A stretch of DNA of 64,000 nucleotides from Byssovorax sp. (GTDB lineage: Bacteria; Myxococcota_A; Polyangia; Polyangiales; Polyangiaceae). Below are positions 20,185-29,482 of the stretch, one piece after another (within the stretch, counting starts at the first letter, position 1; every line of letters starts with the position of its first letter). A program made the position numbers and the translations under genes. Under the pieces are notes generated by a model that ran no database searches, was not told the DNA's origin, and saw only the letters and a program-made list of their open reading frames with translations. The stretch spans positions 13,452 through 77,451 of the forward strand of contig JAXLYT010000035.1 of the NCBI GenBank assembly GCA_046351295.1, written 5' to 3'.

Positions 20185-21539
20185 GCCGATCGACCTTCCT
20201 ATGCTACGTCGGCATCGATCTCGGCTCGACGACGACCAAGTCGGTCGTGGTCGACGATCAAGGCGAGATCATCGGTCGCGGGATCACCAACAGCCGGAGC
20301 AACTACGATCTGGCGTGCGAGATCGCCCGGAGCGAGGCCTTCGTCGACGCCCAGATGAACCGGCTGCGCAAGGCCCTCGCGCAGAACCCGGTGCTCGAGT
20401 CGCATGCGAAGGTGCTGAGCGCCTCGCTGGAGCGCTCGTTCCGCTACCGGCAGCATGCGCGGCAGCTCGAGAGCCTGCGCCGGGCGTGCATGGAGATCAC
20501 GCGCGGCGCCCAGCCGCTCGAAGGGGCGCTCGTCGAGATCCTCGACGAGCTCGATGCCCTCGCCGAGAAGATGTTCAGCGGCATCGCCGGGGCCGAGAAG
20601 CGATCGGAGTTCTTCCGCGACATCGCCGGCGCGCAGTTCCAGAAGGCCGCCGAGACCCGGGCCGATCCGAAGCGCCTGCCCTTCGAGGACATCGTGGCCG
20701 TGTTCGACAAGGCCATCCTCAAGGTCGAGAACGAGCGCGACGATCTGACCTTCGAGGGCAACGCGCGGGCGGCGTTTTCCCGCTCGCTCGGGCGCTACGG
20801 CAAGGCCACGCCGGAGGTGCAGGCCGCGGCGGCCTCGGTGCTCGACGATCTGCTCGAGCGACCTCCGGTGATCGGCGCGAGCGTGGGCACCGGCTATGGC
20901 AGGGCGCGCCTCCCCTTCCCCAAGGAGCGGATCCGCTCGGAGATCCTCTGCCACGGCCTCGGCGCCCACGCGATGTTCCCGAACACGCGCACGGTGCTCG
21001 ACATCGGCGGGCAGGACACCAAGGCCATCCAGGTCGACCAGGAGGGCATCGTCACCGGCTTCCAGATGAACGATCGCTGCGCGGCCGGCTGCGGGCGCTA
21101 CCTCGGCTACATCGCCGACGAGATGAACCTCGGCGTGCACGAGCTCGGACCGCTCGCCGAGCAGGCCACGCGCAAGGTGAAGATCTCCTCCACGTGCACG
21201 GTCTTCGCGGGCGCCGAGCTGCGCGACCGGCTCGCCCTCGGCGAGAAGCGCGAGGACATCCTCGCGGGCCTGCACCGGGCCATCATCCTCCGGGCCATGT
21301 CGATCCTCGCCCGCTCGGGTGGGGTGCACGACGAGTTCACCTTCACGGGCGGCGTCGCGAACAACCCCGCGGCCGTGCGCGCCCTGAAGGATCTCATCGC
21401 CGAGAACTACGGCGCGCGGATCCTCAACATCTCGCCGAGCTCGATCTACACGGGCGCCCTCGGCGCGGCGCTCTTCGCGCTGCGCGACGCGCGGCGGGTC
21501 GAGGAAGAGGCCGCCCGCCCCAAGGAGATCCACGCATGA
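20181..21539 (+). CDS. bcrA: benzoyl-CoA reductase subunit A (alpha), ATPase (BadF/BadG/BcrA/BcrD family) with large insertion
   Basis: It has a GTG start. The N-terminus GIDLGSTTTKSVVVD carries an actin-like ATPase motif, and a second motif GGQDTKAIQVD is present. A roughly 170-aa insertion relative to BcrD gives the 452-aa alpha subunit. Confidence 0.8.
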   Translation: MSRSTFLCYVGIDLGSTTTKSVVVDDQGEIIGRGITNSRSNYDLACEIARSEAFVDAQMNRLRKALAQNPVLESHAKVLSASLERSFRYRQHARQLESLRRACMEITRGAQPLEGALVEILDELDALAEKMFSGIAGAEKRSEFFRDIAGAQFQKAAETRADPKRLPFEDIVAVFDKAILKVENERDDLTFEGNARAAFSRSLGRYGKATPEVQAAAASVLDDLLERPPVIGASVGTGYGRARLPFPKERIRSEILCHGLGAHAMFPNTRTVLDIGGQDTKAIQVDQEGIVTGFQMNDRCAAGCGRYLGYIADEMNLGVHELGPLAEQATRKVKISSTCTVFAGAELRDRLALGEKREDILAGLHRAIILRAMSILARSGGVHDEFTFTGGVANNPAAVRALKDLIAENYGARILNISPSSIYTGALGAALFALRDARRVEEEAARPKEIHA

Positions 21540-22405
21540 GCCGGCTCGATCGCGCCCTCCTCACCGCCGGCGTCGACGTCGGGACGAGCGGCATCAAGGT
21601 CACCCTCTTCCGGGTCGAGCCCGGCGGCGCCGCGACGCTGCTCTCCAAGGTCACCGAGCGGCTCCGCCGCCGCGATCCCAAGGCCGTGGTCGAGCACTGC
21701 TACGCCTCGGCGCTCGAAGAGGCCGGCGTCGATCGCGACAAGATCGACTACGTGGCGTCGACGGGCGAAGGCCACCTCGTCGACTTCCACAGCGGCCACT
21801 TCTACGGGATGACGACGCACGCGCGCGGCGCCGCCTACCTGAGCCCGGGAGCCAAGGGCGCGCTCGACATGGGCGCGCTCCACGCCCGCGCCATCCGCAT
21901 GGATGAGCGGGCCAAGGTGCTCGGCTACGCGATGACGAGCCAGTGCGCCTCGGGCAGCGGGCAGTTCATCGAGAACATCGCCCGCTACCTCGGCGTGACG
22001 CTGGGCGAGGTGGGCGAGCTGTCGCTCTCCGCCGGCTCGCCCGAGAAGGTGAGCGGCATCTGCGCGGTGCTCGCCGAGACCGACGTGATCAACATGGTGT
22101 CGCGCGGCGTGCGCACCGCCGACATCCTGAAGGGCATCCACCTGTCGATGGCCGATCGGCTCGCCAAGCTCCTGCGCTCGGCGCGGATCGACGGCTCGGT
22201 GATGCTGACCGGCGGGCTCGCCGCCGACGTGGGGCTGCGCGGCGCCATCGCCCAGCAGCTCGCCGGGGACAAGCGCCTCCAGGTGAAGCTCTTGACGCAC
22301 CCGGACGCCATCTTCGCCGGCGCCATCGGGGCCGCGCTGTGGGGCGCCGTGCGCTACCAGAAGCTCGCCGAGCGGCGGGCCCAGACCGAGGAGCTTTCCG
22401 CATGA
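21536..22405 (+). CDS. bcrD: benzoyl-CoA reductase subunit D (delta), ATPase (BcrD/HgdC-like)
   Basis: GVDVGTSGIKVTLF and the [4Fe-4S]-bridging Cys context are present. It is 289 aa. It overlaps bcrA by 4 bp. Confidence 0.8.
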   Translation: MSRLDRALLTAGVDVGTSGIKVTLFRVEPGGAATLLSKVTERLRRRDPKAVVEHCYASALEEAGVDRDKIDYVASTGEGHLVDFHSGHFYGMTTHARGAAYLSPGAKGALDMGALHARAIRMDERAKVLGYAMTSQCASGSGQFIENIARYLGVTLGEVGELSLSAGSPEKVSGICAVLAETDVINMVSRGVRTADILKGIHLSMADRLAKLLRSARIDGSVMLTGGLAADVGLRGAIAQQLAGDKRLQVKLLTHPDAIFAGAIGAALWGAVRYQKLAERRAQTEELSA

Positions 22406-22881
22406 GCCGGATGGATCGAGAGCCGGGGACGCTGGACACCGACGCCGTGGTCGTTCGCACGCTCGAGGAGCGCGACATCGACGCCATCGTCCGCATCGAC
22501 GCGAGCGCGACGGGCAAGCCGAGGCGCGAGTATTACCGGGACAAAGTGGCGGCCAGCCTGGGCAACAGCCGCCTCCGCACCTCGCTCGTCGCCGAGGTCG
22601 ACGGCATGGTCGTCGGCTTCCTGATGGCCACCACCCATTACGGCGAGTTCGGCCAGGCCGATCCCGTGGCCGTGCTCGACTCGCTGGGCGTTCACCGGGA
22701 TTTCCAGCATCAGCACGTGGGCTCGGCGATGATGCGGCAGTTCCTGATGAACGCCCGGGCTGTCGGGGTGAGCAAGCTGCGCACCGAGCTCGGCTGGAAC
22801 GAAGTGGAGCTCATCCGCTTTTTCGACCGGCACGGCTTCAAGCACGGTGGCAGGATCGTCCTGGAGCACGACCTCGGCTGA
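22402..22881 (+). CDS. GNAT family N-acetyltransferase
   Basis: The acetyl-CoA binding motif QHQHVGSAMMRQFL is present. It overlaps the bcrD stop by 4 bp, so it is translationally coupled. Confidence 0.75.
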   Translation: MSRMDREPGTLDTDAVVVRTLEERDIDAIVRIDASATGKPRREYYRDKVAASLGNSRLRTSLVAEVDGMVVGFLMATTHYGEFGQADPVAVLDSLGVHRDFQHQHVGSAMMRQFLMNARAVGVSKLRTELGWNEVELIRFFDRHGFKHGGRIVLEHDLG

Positions 22882-22980
22882 CGAGGGTCAGCGTGGTCAC
22901 TGCGTACGCCGGTATGCGCCTCTAGCGCACTTCCCCCGCGCGCCTCATCGGCACTATTCTCCGCGCCGGAGAGCGTCACG

Positions 22981-23955
22981 ATGGGCTTCTGGTCGGCCTA
23001 CAAAACATCCCTCAAGCCCGCCGAGGTGGACGAGCCCATCGACGTGCTGCTGCACCGTCCGCTCGGGTACATCGTGGCCCGGCTCGCCACCCCGACGCGG
23101 ATCACGCCCAACCAGATCACCGCGGTCTCGTTCGCCTTCGCCATCGTCGCCGCCGGCCTGCTCTTCGCGGCCTTCCCGGGGCACCTGCCGGCCGCCGGCC
23201 TGTGCATCTTCCTCTCGCAGATCTTCGACTGCGCCGACGGCCAGCTCGCCCGGATGCAGAAGAGCGGCACGCCCTTCGGCCGGATGCTCGACGGCTCGGC
23301 CGACGCCATCGGCTCGGCCTTCGTGGGCGCGGGCTGCATGTATGTGACCTGGACGATGTACCGCGACGTGCCCTGGCAGGCCGCCGTGGCGATGATCACC
23401 TGCCTGCTCACGATCTACGAGTGCCACACCCACTCGGTGGCCTACGATCACTACAAGAACGTCTTCACCCGGATGACGACGCCCGATCGCGCCGAGGGCG
23501 ACGACCTCGAGGACATCCTCGCGCGCGCCGAGCAGGCCCGGCGCGCGCACGAGGGCTGGCTGCCCCGCTTCGCCCTCACCATGTACGTGGGCTTCTTGAC
23601 GCGGCAGCGCGTGATCATCCGCGCGCTCGATCCGTACACCCACACGCGCCTGAAGGACCTGCCCCGCTACACGCCCGAGCGCGCCGCCATTTACCGCAAG
23701 CACGCCCTCGCCCCGATGCGCCTCTGGAAGTCGCTTTACGGCGTGGGCCTGGTGATGTTCGGCCTCGCGGTGTTCTACGGGATCGGGCGGCCGGAGATCA
23801 TCATCTTCCTCCGCCTCGTCGTCTGGAACGGCATCCTCTGGTTCTACCTCGGACCGCTCCAGCGGCGCGCCTCGCGGCGGGCCTTCGAGGAGATGGCGGC
23901 CCTGCCGATCGGCGAGCACGACGAGGACGCGGCGCCTGCGGCGGCGCGCGGATAG
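22981..23955 (+). CDS. CDP-alcohol phosphatidyltransferase family membrane protein
   Basis: The D-x2-D-G-x2-A-R signature (DCADGQLARM ... GRMLDGSAD) is present. The protein is polytopic. Confidence 0.7.
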   Translation: MGFWSAYKTSLKPAEVDEPIDVLLHRPLGYIVARLATPTRITPNQITAVSFAFAIVAAGLLFAAFPGHLPAAGLCIFLSQIFDCADGQLARMQKSGTPFGRMLDGSADAIGSAFVGAGCMYVTWTMYRDVPWQAAVAMITCLLTIYECHTHSVAYDHYKNVFTRMTTPDRAEGDDLEDILARAEQARRAHEGWLPRFALTMYVGFLTRQRVIIRALDPYTHTRLKDLPRYTPERAAIYRKHALAPMRLWKSLYGVGLVMFGLAVFYGIGRPEIIIFLRLVVWNGILWFYLGPLQRRASRRAFEEMAALPIGEHDEDAAPAAARG

Positions 23956-24006
23956 CAGCCTCTCCGCGCTTGACGTACCCGGCCCCCGAGGCCGACCATC
24001 CCTCGC

Positions 24007-24909
24007 ATGGAAACGCGCGTCTGTCCCGCGAGCTGCCTCTGCGGCGCCGTCCGCTGGGAGGTCGACGGTCCCCTGCCCTCCCCCGACCCGGCGAGCGCCG
24101 ATCCGATGGCGCTGCTCTCCATGAGCCACTGCCACTGCGGCCGGTGCCGCAAGGCCCACGGCGCGTCCTACGCCACCTACCTCTGCGCGCCCGAGGCCTC
24201 GTTCCGCCTGACCGCGGGGCGCGAGCAGATCGTCCGCTACCCGTCCTCGCCCAGCCTGTTCCGGCCCTTCTGCGGCCAGTGCGGCTCGGTGGTGCCAGAC
24301 GGAAGCGCCTGGAGCGGCATCGTCGGCATGCCGGCCGGCGGCTTCTCGGTGGACCCGGGGCTCGTGCCACGCGCGCACATCTTCGTCGCATCGAAGGCGC
24401 CCTGGGTCGAGATCCACGACGATCTGCCGCGCTTCGACGCCTACCCCGCCCACCTCGGCATGCCCAGCATGGACACCCGCGCCCCGCTCGATCCCGAGGG
24501 CGAGGGCCCGCGCGGGAGCTGCCTCTGCGGCGCCGTGGCCTACGTCCTGACCGCCGCGCCGATCCTCGGCCGCATCTGCCACTGCTCGCGGTGCCGGCGC
24601 GCCTACGCAGCCGCAAACGCGATGAACATGCTCCTGCCGCTCGACGGCGTCCGCTTCACCCGCGGAGAGGACAACCTCCAGACCTTCAAGCTCCCCGACG
24701 CGCGCTACTTCAAGTCGACCTTCTGCCGCACCTGCGGCTCGAAGATGCCTCGCCGCGACGAGGGGCGGAAGATCACCATCGTGCCCATGGGCGGGCTCGA
24801 CGACGATCCGGGCATCCGCCCGAACATGCACATCTTCGTGGGATCGAAGCTGTCGTGGGACGTGATCGCCGACGGCCTGCCGCAGTTCGACGAGCTGCCG
24901 CCGAGCTGA
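24007..24909 (+). CDS. tandem GFA (glutathione-dependent formaldehyde-activating / CENP-V-like) zinc-binding domain protein
   Basis: Two copies of the Cys pattern are present (CLCGAV...HCHCGRCRKAHG and CLCGAV...CHCSRCRRA). Confidence 0.7.
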   Translation: METRVCPASCLCGAVRWEVDGPLPSPDPASADPMALLSMSHCHCGRCRKAHGASYATYLCAPEASFRLTAGREQIVRYPSSPSLFRPFCGQCGSVVPDGSAWSGIVGMPAGGFSVDPGLVPRAHIFVASKAPWVEIHDDLPRFDAYPAHLGMPSMDTRAPLDPEGEGPRGSCLCGAVAYVLTAAPILGRICHCSRCRRAYAAANAMNMLLPLDGVRFTRGEDNLQTFKLPDARYFKSTFCRTCGSKMPRRDEGRKITIVPMGGLDDDPGIRPNMHIFVGSKLSWDVIADGLPQFDELPPS

Positions 24910-24965
24910 TCGCGCGGGGCCTGCAGAACCGATCGAGATCGTGGGGAACGGAGAGGCTCACCGGA

Positions 24966-24987
24966 GCGCGCCGGAAGATCGGCGCGC
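24966..24987. terminator. short GC hairpin (gcgcgccg-gaagat-cggcgcgc) between convergent genes
   Basis: It has an exact 8-bp stem. It lies between the GFA gene (+) and the BNR gene (-). No T tract follows. Confidence 0.3.
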
Positions 24988-25009
24988 CCCGGCAAGCGTC
25001 ATCGCGTGA

Positions 25010-28000
25010 TCACAGGTGGTAGGTGATCACGAGCTTCGGGCGCTTGGCCACGGTGGGGTCGGTCGCGGACGAGAACTGGCTGCTCACGCCGGCCGCGCTC
25101 ATCAGCAGGATGCCCTGGTTGGCGGTGGGGTTCGTCACCCAGGTCTGCACCACGGCCGTGTCGAGGTTCGCCGTCTTCACCTGGTTCGCGCCGGTGATCG
25201 CGGTGCTGATGGCGAACGACGAATTGGCCACGAGGTCCGAGCCTTCACCGGCGGCGCCCTGCACGGCCCAGAGGTGGGTCGCGTCGCGGTTCACCCAGCC
25301 GAGCTTGTACTGCGGCGCGTTCGGGTCCCAGGACGCGAGCAGGTAGCGGCCGACGGCGCTGAAATTCGGGCTGTACGTCGCGAAGGTCAGCGTGAGGGTC
25401 GCGCTCGTGACGATCGCGCCCGTCGGGAGGCCCAGGTTGTTGAACCGGACGAGCCCCTTGCCGATGAAGCCGCTCTGCGCGCTCGACGTGTCCTGCACGT
25501 AGAGGATGGATCCCTTGAACAGGTTGCCGTTGAAGTTGTTCCACGACGCGCGCGACTGCGTGGTGATGGTGACGTCGACGCCGCCGGCGTAGCCGTTCGC
25601 GCCCTGCTGGAAGCTCACGGTCACGGGCGTCGCCGGGTCGGGCTGCACGGTGACGGTCACGTCGCTCGCCGAGGTCGTGATCCCGTCGGAGACCACGAGG
25701 TGCAGCGTGTACGTGCCCGCCGCCGTGAAGGCGACCTGCGTCGTCGCGGCGGAGGCGCTGGCGTTGGGGGTGAAGGTCACCGCGGCCGGGCCGCTGCCGA
25801 GCGACCAGGTGTACACGAGCCCGTTGCCCGGGAAGCCGTCGGGATCGGAGGCCGTCGCGGTGAGCGTCGTCCCGTTCGGCAGCGCGACGGTGCTCGGCGT
25901 CGCCACCGTCGAGGCGATGCTCGGCGGCTCGTTGTGCACCACGGTCACGTAGGTGGACGAGCTGTGCCCATCGAGCGTGGCGCTCACCTCGAAGAGGCCC
26001 GTGGAGACACCGTCGGGCGTGAAGATGCCGGACGCGTCGATCGTCCCGCCGCCGGAGACGGCCCACGTGAAGATGGGCGGGGGCATGATCGCCGCGCCGA
26101 ACTGATCGATCACCGCCGCGGAGAAGCTGATGGGCTGCGTTTGCGCCACGGTCGGGTTCGCCGGCGCGATGGTGATGAGCGAGGGCGTCGCCACCACCTG
26201 CACGTCGACGCCGCTCGTCACGGAGATGCCGTTCCGATCGGTGATCGTCACGCGCATCCCGTAAAAGCCGATCTTCGAGAAGGTCGCGACCGTGTCCTTG
26301 GCCGCGTTGTTGCCGTTCTGGCTGAAGATCACCGGCGCGTTCGGCGAGCCGGGCGCGACCGACCAGGTGTAGGTGAGCGAGGATTCGCCGCCTTCATCCG
26401 GGAAATCGGTGCCGAGCACGTGCAGCGCGGTGTTGAAGCCCGTCACCACCTGGGGGCTGGCCGTCGCCGTCTGGGCGATGGCCGCGGTGTACACCACGGT
26501 GAGCTTGGGCCGCTTGGCGATGGTCGCGTCGAAGCTCGACGTGAGCGTGCCGCTCTTGCCCGCGTTGCCGAGCAGGATGATCCCGTTGTTGGTGGACGGC
26601 GTCTCGACCCAGCCGCGCACGATCGCCGGATCGAGGGAGACAGTCTTCGCCTGGTTGTTTCCGAGCGAGAAGCCGTCGATCGAGAACGAGCTGCCCGTGA
26701 GGACATCGCTCCCCTCCCCCGAGGCGCCCGGGGTGTTCCAGAGCTGCCCCTGGTCCCGCTCCAGCCAGCCGATGTGGTACTGGGGCGCGGCCTGGTTGAA
26801 GAAGGCCCCGAGGTAGCGGCCCGTCACCGCGTAGCCGGCGGAGTAGGTGTTGAAGTTGAGGGTGAGATCGGCGCTCAGCACCTTGGACCCGGGGGGCAGG
26901 TCGAGGTTGCCGAAGCGGAGCAGCGACTTGGCCACGAAGCCACCGCTCGCCGCCGTGTCCTGCACGTAGATCGGCGAGGAGCGCACGGTGTTGCCGTTGT
27001 TGAAGTTCCAGGCCGCCTGGTACTGCGTGCTGATGCTGAGATCGACCTCGCCCGAGTAGCCGTTCACGCCGTCCTGGAAGGAGATCGTGATCGGCACCGT
27101 CGGGTCGGGGTTGACGACCACCGTGACGATGGACTGCACGCTCGAGATGGTGTCGCTCGCGACGATCTGGAGCTGGTAGATGCCGGGGGCCGAGAACGCG
27201 GCGGTGGTCGCCGTCGGATCGGTGCCGTTCGGCGTGAACGTCACGACGCCGGGGCCGCTCACCTTGCTCCAGGTGTACGTCACGTCCATGCCCGGGAAAT
27301 CGTCGGGATCGATCGCCTCGGCCACGAGCTCGGTGGTGCCGGGGAGCGTGACGGTCGACGGCAGCGCGACGGGCGTGGCGGTGAAGACGGGCGGCTCGTT
27401 GCGCACCGTCACCACCGTGGCCGTTTGCTGTACGCCGCCGGCCGCCGCCGTGACCGTGAACGAGCCCGTGGAGACCCCGTCGGCCGTGAAGAGGCCCTGC
27501 GCGTCGATGCTCCCGCCGCCCGACACCGACCAGGTCCAGGTCGGCTGCGGGTTGATGGTCACGCCGAACTGATCGTTCGCGATCGCCGCGAAGGAAAGCG
27601 ATTGATCGTTCGCGATGATCTGGAAGGTCGGCGAGAGCAGGACTGAGGTCACCGCCTGGGCGACGGTGATGGTGATCTGGCTCGTCGTGACGAGGCCGCC
27701 GCCGTCCTGGATCACCACCGTGAAGGTGTAGGTGCCCGTCTTGTTGACGGTGGCCCGGGCGTTCTTCGCGGCGTTGGTGCCGCCCTGATCGAAGGTCACC
27801 GTGGCCATGGTGGGCGCGGTCGTCGCGAACCACGTGTAGGTCAGCCCCGCCTCGCCGCCCTCGTTGGCGAGGTCCGCGCCGAGGACGGAGAGATCGACGA
27901 TGGACGGGCCGGCGACGGTGGCCGAGGCCGGCGTCGCCACCGTGGGCGCGTGGTTGATGATCTGCACGATCATCCCGCTGCTGGCGGAGCGGTTACCGTC

Positions 28001-29482
28001 GTCGGCGGTGAAGGTCAGCACGTAGTCGCCGGGCGTCGAGAACGACACGGTCGTCGAGGTCGCATGCTCGTCGGCGAACACGGCCTGTCCCGGCCCGCGG
28101 GCGGCCCAGTGGTAGTCGAGCGGATCGCCGTCCAGGTCGGTGGCCGAGCCGGACACCGCGATGGGCGTCCCGAAGCTCGACGGCCCGGGCGGTGTGCTGA
28201 GCGTGATCTGCGGCAGGTGGTTCGGCTCGTTGATCACGAACTTCCACACCTTGCCCGTGCCGCCGACGAAGACGTCCGTGCCGTCGGTGCAGATCGCGTT
28301 GCAGTAGGGCGACACGAAGGGCTGGTTCACGTCGGCCTCTTCCCACGAGAGCCCGTCGCGCGAGAGGTACACCGTCTGCTTGCCGCCCCCGGGGACGCTG
28401 TTGTCGTAGTAGTTCGACGAGTAGCCGGAGATGAAGTTATAGCCGACCGACGCGACGCGGAGGTTTCGCATGATCGCGTCGCCCCCGTTGTACTGGTAGA
28501 ACACGTTCTGCTTGTTGAACTGCCAGGGCTTGAGCCCGGTGGAGGCGGAGATCACCACGCCGTAGCGGCCGAGGACGGTGAACACGTCGCCGCCGGCAGG
28601 GACGGCCGCCGATCGCCCCCAGTTGGCGAAGATCGGCTCCTGGTCCTTGTTGAAGCCGATCGAATAATCGTTCTGCGTCCGGCCGATCGCCGTGGTCGCC
28701 GCCGGGTCGAGGGGCAGCCAGGTGTTGCCGCCGTCGGTCGAGTGCCAGAACCCGATGAGCTCGGTGCCGTAGAAGTACTCGCCGGTGACGGGGTTGTAGT
28801 TGAACGAGTAGAGGTTGCCCGGGCCGGTGCCGGCATAAGGGCCCACCGTCGCGACGGGCACGGCGGTGAACTGGTAGGTGCTGCCGTGATCGAACGAGCG
28901 GAGAAAGCCGGGGATATAGGCCCAGCCGAGCCAGAGCACGCCGTTCTTGTCGAGCGTCATGTGGCGCGGGAAGCGGCGCTGCTTGGGGATGGCCACGCCG
29001 CCGATCGTGATGGTCTGCGAGCCCGTGGGGTCGTACCCGTCGGTGCCGATGTCGCGCCCGGTCGGGATCGAGGCGGCCACCCAGGTGCGGTTCGCCCAGT
29101 CGAGCCGGAAGAGGTATTGCCCGGGCTGCGCGCCCACCTCCCGTGATCCGATGATCGGCTCGCCGAGGTCGTTGACGATCATCGTCATCATCTCTTTGTT
29201 CGGGATGTCGTTCGTCATCCCGAAGTTCGGCGGGGCGAGCTTGATGAACGTCTCCCCGCCATCGGTCGAGCGATACACGCCGTCGCCGTACACCGTGGCG
29301 AAGAGCTCGCCGTTCGCGTTGATCGCGACCTGGCTCACGTCCCCTCCCGCGGGCAGGCCTGCGCTCGTCAGGGCGACGAAGCTCCCGTGGGGCGCGGCGC
29401 GCGCCGGCACGGAGAGCCCGAGGATTGCGAGCGTCGCCGTCAAGAGACAAAGCAAGGCCCGCGACCGAGCAAAATTCATCAT
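25010..29482 (-). CDS. secreted giant protein: N-terminal BNR/Asp-box beta-propeller (sialidase/GH74-like) + tandem Ig/PKD-like domains + duplicated C-terminal beta-sandwich modules
   Basis: The signal peptide is MMNFARSRALLCLLTATLAILGLSVPARA. Asp-box repeats STDGGETF, SFDHGSTY and STDGGNTW are present. Repeated Thr/Val-rich Ig-like segments follow. The protein is 1490 aa. Confidence 0.75.
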   Translation of the reverse strand: MMNFARSRALLCLLTATLAILGLSVPARAAPHGSFVALTSAGLPAGGDVSQVAINANGELFATVYGDGVYRSTDGGETFIKLAPPNFGMTNDIPNKEMMTMIVNDLGEPIIGSREVGAQPGQYLFRLDWANRTWVAASIPTGRDIGTDGYDPTGSQTITIGGVAIPKQRRFPRHMTLDKNGVLWLGWAYIPGFLRSFDHGSTYQFTAVPVATVGPYAGTGPGNLYSFNYNPVTGEYFYGTELIGFWHSTDGGNTWLPLDPAATTAIGRTQNDYSIGFNKDQEPIFANWGRSAAVPAGGDVFTVLGRYGVVISASTGLKPWQFNKQNVFYQYNGGDAIMRNLRVASVGYNFISGYSSNYYDNSVPGGGKQTVYLSRDGLSWEEADVNQPFVSPYCNAICTDGTDVFVGGTGKVWKFVINEPNHLPQITLSTPPGPSSFGTPIAVSGSATDLDGDPLDYHWAARGPGQAVFADEHATSTTVSFSTPGDYVLTFTADDGNRSASSGMIVQIINHAPTVATPASATVAGPSIVDLSVLGADLANEGGEAGLTYTWFATTAPTMATVTFDQGGTNAAKNARATVNKTGTYTFTVVIQDGGGLVTTSQITITVAQAVTSVLLSPTFQIIANDQSLSFAAIANDQFGVTINPQPTWTWSVSGGGSIDAQGLFTADGVSTGSFTVTAAAGGVQQTATVVTVRNEPPVFTATPVALPSTVTLPGTTELVAEAIDPDDFPGMDVTYTWSKVSGPGVVTFTPNGTDPTATTAAFSAPGIYQLQIVASDTISSVQSIVTVVVNPDPTVPITISFQDGVNGYSGEVDLSISTQYQAAWNFNNGNTVRSSPIYVQDTAASGGFVAKSLLRFGNLDLPPGSKVLSADLTLNFNTYSAGYAVTGRYLGAFFNQAAPQYHIGWLERDQGQLWNTPGASGEGSDVLTGSSFSIDGFSLGNNQAKTVSLDPAIVRGWVETPSTNNGIILLGNAGKSGTLTSSFDATIAKRPKLTVVYTAAIAQTATASPQVVTGFNTALHVLGTDFPDEGGESSLTYTWSVAPGSPNAPVIFSQNGNNAAKDTVATFSKIGFYGMRVTITDRNGISVTSGVDVQVVATPSLITIAPANPTVAQTQPISFSAAVIDQFGAAIMPPPIFTWAVSGGGTIDASGIFTPDGVSTGLFEVSATLDGHSSSTYVTVVHNEPPSIASTVATPSTVALPNGTTLTATASDPDGFPGNGLVYTWSLGSGPAAVTFTPNASASAATTQVAFTAAGTYTLHLVVSDGITTSASDVTVTVQPDPATPVTVSFQQGANGYAGGVDVTITTQSRASWNNFNGNLFKGSILYVQDTSSAQSGFIGKGLVRFNNLGLPTGAIVTSATLTLTFATYSPNFSAVGRYLLASWDPNAPQYKLGWVNRDATHLWAVQGAAGEGSDLVANSSFAISTAITGANQVKTANLDTAVVQTWVTNPTANQGILLMSAAGVSSQFSSATDPTVAKRPKLVITYHL
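25013..27960 (-). repeat. intragenic tandem duplication of a ~490-aa supermodule (3x Ig-like + ~200-aa C-terminal module), two copies
   Basis: Copy 1 begins NHAPTVATPASATVAG and ends ISFQDGVNGYSGEVD...AKRPKLTVVYT. Copy 2 begins ATASPQVVTGF and ends VSFQQGANGYAGGVD...AKRPKLVITYHL. The copies are about 40-50% identical. Boundaries are approximate. Confidence 0.6.
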
